The position numbers were made by a program, and so were the translations under genes. From the NCBI GenBank assembly GCA_964019335.1, contig OZ025663.1:186001-250000 (forward strand): a stretch of DNA of 64,000 nucleotides, in the 5' to 3' direction. This stretch comes from Diplonema japonicum (taxonomy: Eukaryota; Protista; Euglenozoa: Diplonemea). The notes under the pieces are model-generated. The model worked only from the letters and a program-made list of their open reading frames with translations, was not told the origin of the DNA and ran no database searches. This document shows, one piece after another, positions 32,671 to 42,977 of the stretch (position 1 is the stretch's first letter; the number at the start of each line of letters is the position of its first letter).

Positions 32671-35171
32671 ATTTGACCTTTTGCAATTTACCTCGGGTCC
32701 CTCAGTGTACTGTCGAGGCCAAAGACAAACACGGATCTTTGAGAGCGATACAGTTGTTAATTGGCGGTGGGCAAGTGGTTTTATTTTTTTTTTCGCGACA
32801 CTCTGAAATTATTCAGCTACAAAACCTCGCTCAACTTGTATTTTTTGGCCATGAAGACAGCATTCAACAAAAAAAAAAAAGAAAAAAAAGAAAAGGAAAG
32901 GTTCAATATACATTTATATTTATATTTTTTTTCTTCTTCCAAACTATGCAGAGAGACTTTAAAAAGAAAAAAAAAAAAAAAAAAAAAAGAATCCGAAAAA
33001 TCGCCTAATTTAGGTGATGTGATTATTTTCATTTTTTTTTTTTTTTTTTTACATCCCCTCTTATTCATATTATTTCCGTACTATTTTATCCCCCCCTGTT
33101 TTTTGCTTTTTTTCGCTTCTTTTTTTCCACAAGGCGCCACCAACACTGGCCTCCTTTATCTCTTATATGGGGTGGTGAATAGAAAGGCCGAGACGCCAGA
33201 AGGGGGAAAGGGGCAGCTCTTTTTTTTTTGTTTCTTTCTTTTTTTTTTTTTTCCAATCATTAACGGCCAGTTCCAGCATCCCCCGGAAGAATTGAACTTG
33301 AAAATGAAATAAGATTTTAGGTAATGTACTAACAGATTTGACCCCCCCCCCCCCCCCCCCCCCTTCCACTTGTTTTTGGAGTGGTTGCCAGCACAAAAAA
33401 AAAGGGGGAAGCGAGCATAATGAACTGAACAGGGAAAAAAAAAAAAAAATGAAGTTTAGCAAAAAAAGATACCAAAAAAATCTTTAAGTAGAAAGGGGGG
33501 AAACAACAAAACGAAGGCAGGGGAGAGGGGATGCCATCCTCTCCTTGTTCTATTGTATTTTCAACCCCAAGAAAAAAAAAAAAAAAAAAAGTAGACGATA
33601 ATATTGAAAGGAACCATAAATAATACCAGTCTTTTTTCTTCTATTTCTTTTTTTTTTTTCTTTGCTTGAGGAGTTACAGAAATTGAGGCGACACGCAGCG
33701 CAGAGGTGCCCCCCCCTTTTTTTTTCCCCACTTCCTCCATTTTTACTTGCACTCGATATATTGCGCTTTAATATGTAGCTTTTTACTTTGCACTCCTCCC
33801 TATTTCTTTTTGATTCCTTAGATTAAAAAAAATGGTTTGAAACAAGAGTAATTACATTTGTGTTTTTTTTTTTGTCCCCTTTGGCAGCCCCCCCTTTTGT
33901 TTACGGGCACAACTACGAAAAACTTTTTCCCCTGACTTACGTAAAGTTTTTTTTTTTCTTCTTCTTTTCCTCCCCCTTTTTTTGTTTCTTCTTTCTTTGT
34001 CGGAAGCCCCGTAAATAAAGAGAAGGGGATGCTACCCTCTTCCTTTATGGTAAGGACCTGTTGCCGAAGGGCAGCCAGCTTTCCTTTCCTTTCCTTCACC
34101 TCTCCCATCTGGTTCACCTTGTGGTCAGCCCTGAGATTCCCTTCTCCCCCCCACCTTTATGTGTTTAACAAAATGCAAAGAAAATAGAAAATTAAAAAGT
34201 TCGTATAAATACTGAATTGTTTTTTTTTTCTTTTTTTTTTTTTTTCCGTGTTCATCTTCTTTTTTTTTCTCCTTCTTTCCCCCCCCCTTCTTTTTTTTCT
34301 TTTTCTTTTCTATTCGCATATAATAAACGGTAATGAAGAAGAAGAGGGAAGCAGAGTGCAGTGTTCAGAACATAAATTATAATTAAAAAAAATTAAAAAA
34401 AGAAGAAGAGGGGAGGAAGTACCGAGCTTCCTGGTTACGTTCTCCTGTTGCAATATACACTCTTTTTTTTTATTCTCTTCCTTCTGTTGATTTAGCCACT
34501 ATCACTTCATCGTTCCCCCCCCCCCCCCCCCCCCCCTAGTACCTTGCGATTTCCAAGGTGCAGCTCAACTAAAGAAAAGTATTTTTTTTACCTCTCTCCT
34601 CTGTTAAATCTGGTTAAGAGAGAAAGCAAAGAAAAAAAGAAAAGAAAAAAAAACTTTTTTTTTGCTTCTTTATCTCCTTTTGCCAGCAGGTCCGATTCTC
34701 GTCCTAGAAAGGGAGAAAAAAAATTTTAAAAAAAAAAAAAAAGATTCTACCTCTTCACAGCTAACAGCTATTCTTAATCTTTTCGCCCTTGCCTCCCCCA
34801 TTGCTGAGGGCGGGACGCATTGCAACACGTGACTTTTCTTTTTTGCCCTTCTTCCATAAGTGCTACCTAACCTCACGAGGGGAAAGATCTTTCTCTTTTT
34901 TGTTTATTCTAGGGAGCTAATAAACCCCCCCTTTTTTTTTTACATCTTCCCCCTTTTTTTTTCCCATTTTTCCTTATCTCCTATCCTTTCTTCTTGCTTC
35001 CCCTCCCCCCATTTTTTTGTCTTTTTTTTCTTCCGGGACAGATAGTGCAGTCTAATTGTACCGTAGCTTTTCACCCCAGGTAGGCTCGCAATATACCCAA
35101 CATGCTGAGTTAGCCAAAAAGAAATGTGGAAAAGGCTGCTTTTTCAGTTTAACATCCGGAGGAAAGACTGC

Positions 35172-35202
<31 letters not shown>

Positions 35203-35411
35203 CAATCAAGAAAAAAAAAAAAAAAAAAAAACAAAAAAAAAAGGGAATCGTCGTCCATTCCCCCCATCTGTCTACCCTTATTCCTCCCCCTCCTTGTCCC
35301 CCCCCCCTTTTTTTCCCTTAAAACATTTCCACAACACTTTTTTTTTCTTATTATTACCACACAGAGGGAGTGGCAAAAACTGTGCAAAAAAAAAAAAAAA
35401 AGAAAAAGAAA

Positions 35412-36642
35412 ATGAGCAGGGCAATGTTACTATGTGCCGCGGGGGCAATGGGACTAGCAGTGAGTTGTTATAGAGCAAAACGAAGGCTTAGGAAACCGTT
35501 ACCAGGCGGTGCAGAGGTGTTGTGGGAGGCGAAGGCTGTTCAAGGCGACATCAGGGTCGTGGAAAGCGGTGTGTGGACGGTGAACTCGTACCACAGCTGG
35601 GACGACATATTATATGTGAACAACGTGGGGACAAGTGTTACGATAGTAATGATGGGCGGGTGGAAGGTAAACGTCTTATTTGACACAGCTGATCAATCTG
35701 TTGATTTCACAAGGTATTTCAGGAAAAAACTATACCCTGAAAAGCCGTTCACAATCCACGTGATCATCAACCCGAAATCCGGAAGGGGCCACGGTTCCAA
35801 AATCTTTGAAAAAACAGTAAAACCTGTGTTTTCCGCATCCCCACACACCGTCAACGTCCACACCACACATCACTCCAAACACGCTACACAACTCATCCAA
35901 GACCTCCTACTCATCAAAGGCGACACTGTTGCTGTTGTAGGAGGTGACGGTGTTCTTAACGAAATCGTCAACGGACTACTACTCCGAACGGACATCTCAG
36001 CAAACGATGTAACACTCGGTGTAATCCCTTGCGGGTCCGGCAACGGTTTGTCAGCCAGTGTCGGAATTCGTTCTGTAGAATCGGCTAGCAAGGCCATTGT
36101 AAAAAGCCATTCTATCCCTTTAGACGCGCTAGAGTTCAACCAAGATTCAGAAGCGACACGATACGGGTTCTTATCTGTTACCGCTGCTTGTATAGCAGAC
36201 GTTGATATTAGATCTGAGTTTCTCCGATTTCTCGGTGCTTTACGGTTTTCGGTGTATGGATTGTATTTAATCGCTTGTAAAAAAACCTGGCGGCTTTCGT
36301 TTGTAACGCCCGAGCTTGATGCACCAAACCCGGTTTCTGGTCAGGTTGATTTTTTTGTTGTGTCATCTGTGTCGCACATTGCAGAGTCGACAAATATTGC
36401 CCCGTCAGCCCGTACTGATGATGGGTTGCTGCATCTTCAGTGGGTACCTTCTGAGATAACTTCACGGGCGTCGCTTGTAACGTTGTTTAACCAGCTGGAA
36501 TCGAACACTGGCGAGCATGTTCTTTCGCCATCTTCCATTGTGGAGTACACCACTACGGCCGAAGTCGTAGTGACGGAGATCGGAGACGAGAATATTGTTA
36601 CATTGGACGGTGAACTGGTATGGTTGGGAGGGGGTGTAATAG

Positions 36643-36687
<45 letters not shown>

Positions 36688-36749
36688 TGCCTTGCAAGCC
36701 TTTCACCGTTACGTGCTTGCCTAGTAAACTGCGGCTTGTTGCTCCGTAA
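35412..36749 (+). CDS. Sphingosine/ceramide kinase-like (DAGKc) protein (2 exons: 35412-36617, 36687-36749)
   Basis: Motifs VIINPKSGRG, VGGDGVLNEIVNGL, IPCGSGNGL, DIRSEFLRFLGALRF, LDGEL-MP. Confidence 0.92.
36618..36686 (+). other. Intron, 69 nt, in-frame and stop-free, ~41-nt poly(A) directly before the final G
   Basis: GTATGG...A-run-G; removal yields the family-like DGELMPCKPF. Confidence 0.8.
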
Positions 36750-37166
36750 GTAAGGGAAGGGGGGAGGTTTTTAAAAAAAAAAAAAAAAAAAGAGCGCAAT
36801 TAAACTGCGAAAATCATGTTGTGACTCCGGAAGGGGAGCATTCTTATGAGATATGGCGCACCTGCTGCAGTCGTTGCGATCACTCTTCCTCTTTCCTTTC
36901 TTTCTTTCTTTCTTTCTTTTTTTTTTTTTTTTTTATTATGCTCCTCCCCACCCCCTCCTCCTTCTCTTTATTTTATAATAAATTATTGTTTTCGTTCAAA
37001 GAAGGAGTTCTTTTTTTTTTTTTTTTAAAGGTACACAACGTTTCTGTCTTTCCCACCCCTCCTGTTTTGCATTTTTTCTTCCCCATGCTTCTATGACCAC
37101 ACAGGTATAACCGCAACCTACATTTAAAAAAAGAAAAAGAAAAGAAAAAAGAGAAAAAACAAAACA

Positions 37167-38510
37167 ATGGTGTCCACAGTGGTGTCCAGACAGAAGTTGA
37201 CAAAGTCCCCCCGTGCAGGGATGATGTCGCCCAAGGCGGGGCACTATATTGACCCGTGTGGGAGGGTGGGGAGGATGGTCCCGCCTCCACCCTCGTGCCC
37301 CCCCCCGCCTGGTATCGCGCATTTGAAGAAGGAGTCTAGTAGATACGGGCCGCTGTCGCCCCTGTCGCCGCACTCTCCAGATGGCATGCGGGGCACGCAG
37401 TTGAGGAAGCTTAGGGAGCAGCTCAAGCCGCTGAACAAAAAGCTGGTCAGCCCCGGAACCCCTAAGATGGGCACACCTAAGAAGCCGATCACGTCACCTA
37501 CCTCTGTGCGCAGCCCTGTGTGTTCCCCTCCAGCAGTTGGGACCAGCTACGGGACCCCCACCTCGTCCCCTGTCACCTCGACCACCCCTGGGCAGACTGA
37601 TTGGCGTGCAGTTGAGGCCTTTACCTTTGGTGACCCGCCCTCCCCGACGTCTCGCAGCGATATCTGTTTGAATGCACCGCCTCTTGGAAGGCCCGTCCGC
37701 ACACCGAAGGAGGTGAACCCCAGTCCTGAGGCCGTCATGAAACGCTTCCTCCGTCTTGTGGACAGGATCATCCGTGTGGCGCCTGAGAAGGAGAAGGCGG
37801 ACCTCCTCCCGCACCTGTCCGTCAGCGACGTCATCAAGCAGGTCGTCCGCAGGATGAACGAATTCACCGACACAGGCGCCGCACGTGCTGTGAATGACTA
37901 CCGCCCTGTGTACTCTGCGTACCAGCGTCTCATTGTGGAGGTCTTTACGAACAAGGCGCTTGCGAGGGAGGTGAGGGCGTCTGCCATGGTGGACCTCATC
38001 GGGTCCATCTTCGACACGCTGCTCGCACCGGAGTACTGCAAACCGTGGGTGTCGGTACAGGAGATCCTGGGGCTTAAGAAGGTAGTACTTCGTGGCGCGA
38101 ATCCAGCTGCATCGTTCACAGGGCTCCTGTTGATGATGAGGCAGCAGTGCGCGCATGCGGGCGATGAAAAGGCTCTGCAGATGTGTATCCAGGAGTTGAT
38201 GCCTATCTCGCAGAAGGCAGCACGTCTTTATGCTTCCGACATCCAGATCCTTCTTAAGGAGACATACCGCTTCTGCGACTCTCATAGCAGTCATTGGAGT
38301 GCTATGTGTTCCAAGTGGACTCTTGGCGATGACCCTCTGCAGCCTTCCCCTCTTGGTGCTATATTTCAGATTATCAAGATTTTCTATACCACAGTTGGTC
38401 ACACCGTGCTTACTCAGACTCTTCAGGGCCTCGGGATATCTTCAACCTCTAACCTGGGGATGGTCGTTGCCCAGCTTGCTTCAGACAGTGGGCGCTACTC
38501 TACATCATGA
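37167..38510 (+). CDS. Ser/Pro-rich protein with XMAP215/CKAP5/MOR1 C-terminal-like helical domain
   Basis: LIVEVFTNKALAREVRASAMVDLIGSIFDTLL, ASFTGLLLMMR, DIQILLKETYRF and GDDPL resemble the non-TOG C-terminal domain of XMAP215 proteins. Confidence 0.55.
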   Translation: MVSTVVSRQKLTKSPRAGMMSPKAGHYIDPCGRVGRMVPPPPSCPPPPGIAHLKKESSRYGPLSPLSPHSPDGMRGTQLRKLREQLKPLNKKLVSPGTPKMGTPKKPITSPTSVRSPVCSPPAVGTSYGTPTSSPVTSTTPGQTDWRAVEAFTFGDPPSPTSRSDICLNAPPLGRPVRTPKEVNPSPEAVMKRFLRLVDRIIRVAPEKEKADLLPHLSVSDVIKQVVRRMNEFTDTGAARAVNDYRPVYSAYQRLIVEVFTNKALAREVRASAMVDLIGSIFDTLLAPEYCKPWVSVQEILGLKKVVLRGANPAASFTGLLLMMRQQCAHAGDEKALQMCIQELMPISQKAARLYASDIQILLKETYRFCDSHSSHWSAMCSKWTLGDDPLQPSPLGAIFQIIKIFYTTVGHTVLTQTLQGLGISSTSNLGMVVAQLASDSGRYSTS

Positions 38511-38899
38511 GAAGGATAAGAATTGTCCTCTCTCTTTTTATTTTTATTTTTTTTTGAGAAAAGAAAGAAAAAAATTTCCTTTGTACCTGTACTTGTAATT
38601 ATCACACATCCTTTTTTTTTTTCTTTTTCTTTTCTTTTCTTTCCTTATGTGTGCGTTGAGGGGGGGGGGAAAGAGAGAGAAAAAAGCGTCTGAAAACACA
38701 CACACACAAAAAAAAAAGGGGGGGGAACTGCTTGCGGGGGCAGCGTGTTTTTTTACGGGTTAACAACTTTTTATTCAGGTTTCTCCCCGGCACGCACAAA
38801 CAATGGCTAGTTACTCTTTTTTTTTAATATTCTTTTTTTTATTTTCTTTGTTCTGTTTTCCATCTCTTTCCTTTTTTTTTTTTTTTGACATTTATATAC

Positions 38900-39216
38900 T
38901 GTAAAACGAATAATGTCGGACGGAAAAACTCTCGGACAGAAAAACTCCCGGACACCAAAAAAACCCGGACATTTTTCCGTCCGGGAGTTTTTCTGGGAAG
39001 AAGTTTTTTTACTTAAGGGGGGTAGCAGCTCCACCACGTTTGCCTGGAAGGGCTTTATTCCTTGTGCAGAGCCAAAATGTCACCCTGCGTCAGTATGTAG
39101 GTGGTAGTGGACCAGGCCCCCTGACGGCCTTACCTAAAAAAAATTCCCGGACGGAAAAACTCCCGGACGCCAAAAAAACTCGGACATTTTTCCGTCCGGG
39201 AGCTTTTCGTTTTACA
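38900..39216. mobile_element. MITE/foldback-like element
   Basis: 11-bp terminal inverted repeat TGTAAAACGAA / TTCGTTTTACA; two ~53-nt self-complementary arms repeated directly (38941-38993, 39156-39208). Confidence 0.55.
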
Positions 39217-39267
39217 TTTATTTTTTTGTACTGTAAATCACGCCTATTGTTTCCTCCCTCCTTTTCC

Positions 39268-39313
<46 letters not shown>

Positions 39314-40109
39314 CTTCGGTTTATTTAAGGGTGGAGAGTCAAAAGAGAGTCCCCTCTCCCCGCCCCCTCCCCTTGTTTTGTTGCTGCTTTCCCTCCACTT
39401 TGAGTTCGGTCACGAAAGATGACTGGATTTGCATTTCTTGTATTTTCTTCTTCGTAATAGGCCCTTTCTATTTTTTTTTCCTTCTTTTTTCTGTGAGTTT
39501 TAGTTTCCCCTCCTTCTTTCATGCAAAGAAAGTCGGAATGAAAAAGAGAAAAAAAAAAAAAAACAATGAGAAAAAAAAAGAGAAGAAAAAAAGTGAGAAA
39601 GGAGAAATAAAAAAAATTAAAAAAAATATCACTTCGCAGTTGTCTCATCGCGAAGTGCACTCTCTCTCCCCTGCCATTCTTCCCCGTTTTTTTTTTTTTT
39701 TTAAAGGTCAGACACGAAACGGTACCTGAAGCGAAAAGGGTAGGAGGGGGGGGGGAACGAACTATGTTACATTTTGAAAAAGAAAAACAATACCCCCCTT
39801 CCTGCAGATAGAAACATATGTCTGTCTTTTCTTTTTTTTTTTCCTTTTTTTTTTTTCCCCTTCTCTCCTCCCTCTCTTTCTCTCTCTTTTGATTTTTTTG
39901 CACCCGTATTTTTTTTTTTCTCGTTTGATTTTTTTTTTTCTTCTTCCATCTAGAATGCCGTTCTGAACGACAAATCTTATTTTTTTAAAAAGATTTTTAT
40001 TACCCCCCCCGCAAAAAAATAAACACATAAAACCACCTAAACAAATAAAAGGGAGGGGGAAAAGAAGAAGAAAAAAAAAGGGAGGGGGAAACAAAAAAAA
40101 ATACAAACA

Positions 40110-40805
40110 ATGTCGGGGGCGAATGACAGATATGATCTTCTCATGAAGTTTATTATAATCGGGAACAGCGGGACGGGGAAGAGCTGTATCTTACATAGGT
40201 TTATTGAACAAAAGTTTATCGAGGATCAGACGCACACAATCGGCGTGGAGTTCGGGGCTAAAGTGGTAGAAATGCTTGGAAAGAAGGTCAAACTTCAAAT
40301 CTGGGACACTGCAGGTCAAGAGAGGTACCGAAGCGTGACAAGGTCTTACTACCGTGGAGCGGCAGGGTGCCTTCTGGTCTACGACATAACAAGTAGAGAA
40401 TCATATGACGCCGTGTCACAGTGGCTCACCGACGCACGGACCCTCGCAGGCCAGGACCTTGCGGTCATGCTTATCGGGAACAAAGCGGATATTGGAAACA
40501 CATCGCAGCGGGAGGTTACCCACATTGAAGCAAGCCAGTTTGCGCAAACCCACGGTCTTATGCATTTTGAGACATCCGCTGTTACTGGAGATTACATTGA
40601 AGAAGCATTCCTTAAGGTTTGAAAAAAAAAATGGGTTTAAAAGGGGGAGGGGGGGGGAATTTAAAAAAAAATCATACAGGTCGCAAAAACAGCCCTCATG
40701 AGGCAACAGCAAGAAGAAACTGCTGGTCAAACCGGTGAAGGTACCGAGAATGTCCCGCTTGTGAACGAGGATGGCAGGTCGGGGGACAAAAAGAAATGTT
40801 GTTGA
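40110..40805 (+). CDS. RAB4: Rab4 small GTPase (2 exons: 40110-40616, 40680-40805)
   Basis: [45 protein letters not shown]; the spliced tail ends KKKCC* (prenylation). Confidence 0.92.
40617..40679 (+). other. Intron, 63 nt, purine-rich
   Basis: GTTTGA...ATACAG; needed to reach the C-terminal CC motif. Confidence 0.9.
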
Positions 40806-41157
40806 TTTTTTTTTTTTTTTTTGTTGGGCGGGCGGGCGGGGTGGGGAGAAGAGAAAACAAAAAAATAGCACACAAATCCTATCCCTCTCACGTTTCTTCT
40901 TTTTTTTCTTTCTTTCTTTCTTTTTTTTTTTGGCTGAATCAAGTTTCTTTTTTTTCTGTTCATAATATGGCTACCCCCCCCCCCCCCCCCCCCACTGACA
41001 TCTTCAATTTCGTGTGTTGCTTCCCTTCCTCCTAACATGGCGGTCTCACTGGTTTTTCTTTCTTTTTTTTTTCTCCCCTCTCCCCTCCCCTTCCTTCCTG
41101 ACAAAGTGTTGCGTGTTTTTGTGTCAGAAAAAGAAAAAAAAAAGAGAAGAACAAGAA

Positions 41158-41195
<38 letters not shown>

Positions 41196-41865
41196 TAGAC
41201 GTGCATAGCATCCCCAGGGCATCCTTCCCTCCCCTTTTTTCAGCGTGTTTTATGGGGAGAATGCATGATGCGGGTGAAAGAAAAGAAATGGTATGTTGCC
41301 ATCTTTTGATACAGTAAGGAAGGGACACAATTAAAAAAAAAAGTGAGGGGGGGGGCGTGAGATGGGGTGGAGGTGAAAGACGAATAGACAGAAAGAATGA
41401 AGAAAGAAAAAGAAATAACAGAAGAAGAAAAAAAGGAAAAAAAAAAAGACAGAATTTTATTCCACCCGCCCCGTGCTCCCTCTCTTCGCTCTTTCCCTTC
41501 GTCTTCCTTCAACACACACACACACACACACACCCTATTTCTTTCTTCCACTTTGTTCCTTTCTTTGGATGCTTTCCCCCCCAATTTTTGTGTTTTGTTG
41601 TGTATTTTTGCTAACACTTCTCCCATCATAGTGAATTCTTCCCCCCCCCCCCCCCCCCCCCCCCCCTCCTCGTTTTCTTTGGGCAATCGCAAGCGGTAAA
41701 GTCTGGACGAAGAAAAAAAAAATAGGGCACTCAGGGATCGAGACTGCGACGAACAATGAACAAGTCGGGCAAGCTACCTCTTTTTTTTTTTTTTTTTGAG
41801 GGGAAAAAAAAAAAAAAAAAAAAAAAAAAAAGGTAGGGGAAAAAAAAGAAGGGGGGGGAGAGGAA

Positions 41866-42537
41866 ATGGCATTCTTGAAAACCGCGCAAGAGGCACGGAA
41901 ATGCTTGTTCTCGGAGTTGCTGAGGCCGCGAACAGTCGCATTTGCAATGAGGGGGGATTTTCAAGGGGTTCACGAGGCTGTGAAGATATCCCAACTGGGC
42001 GCCAAGGAATGCTGCAAGTACGCTACTACCCTAGAGGACGGGTTGCACATTATAACAGCACACTGGAAAGAAGGCAACAAGCCCGAGAGGGAAATCTACG
42101 CAGAACTCATCAAGCAACACGGCCAGAGGGCTGACTGGAAGGGAGCCGAAGTTCTCTTCGGCATGATGACACAAGTCGATATGTATCCCCCTTGTCTCAC
42201 CACTCTTTACGTCATTCTACACCTCCCAGCAAGTAAAGGTAATGTGATGCATTATGCCAACTTGCTACGCAGCGTGCCTATGAGCTCTGATGTCAAATTA
42301 TCACATCTCAATGCTTCCTTAGCACTCCTTCTTAGTCATTACAAGTCGCTTTCAAGAGACCATTCACAGATCGGGCCGCTCAGAAGATTGTGTCAATTGC
42401 TCGCTCAGATTGAAAGCACAAGTACTGCCTTGTTGAAAAAACGGAAGCGGCTTCACCAGAAAGACAAACACTTTTCTACTCTAGTCCGACGGGCGCATAC
42501 TTTATGCGGGTTACGGGTCCCCGAGCACACAGGGTGA
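41866..42537 (+). CDS. Helical protein with a PPR-like motif
   Basis: EIYAELIKQHGQRADWKGAEVLFGMMTQVDMYP fits a PPR consensus; start uncertain. Confidence 0.5.
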   Translation: MAFLKTAQEARKCLFSELLRPRTVAFAMRGDFQGVHEAVKISQLGAKECCKYATTLEDGLHIITAHWKEGNKPEREIYAELIKQHGQRADWKGAEVLFGMMTQVDMYPPCLTTLYVILHLPASKGNVMHYANLLRSVPMSSDVKLSHLNASLALLLSHYKSLSRDHSQIGPLRRLCQLLAQIESTSTALLKKRKRLHQKDKHFSTLVRRAHTLCGLRVPEHTG

Positions 42538-42977
42538 CAGGACGACTCTAGTTACGTGGTGCAATGTCGGAAACTTCTTGTATGGAGTAATCAGCGGCCA
42601 TTGGGATCGATCCGGAAATAAGAAAGACCGCCTTTATAGAAGGTCCATAGAAGGAAAAAGAAAAAGAGGGGAGGACGAGTCGGTTTTTTTTTCTTTTTTT
42701 TTTCTCCCCCTTTTTTTGTTTCTCCTTCAAATCACACTGCAGGGGAGGGGGATAAAGCGACACAAAGGATGTTGAGATAAGGGAATTTTTTTTTTTTAAA
42801 TTAGATTCGAGAGAACAACAAAAAAAAAAAAAAAAAAAAAAAAAAAGAAGAAGAAGAAGAGAAAAAAAAAAGGGAAACTAAAACTATACGTACTACGTTC
42901 TGAATAAATAGACAAAAAAAAACCGGAAGCCGGAAGAATTTTAATAAAGGAAGCGTGACTACAAGGAAATAGAGCAA

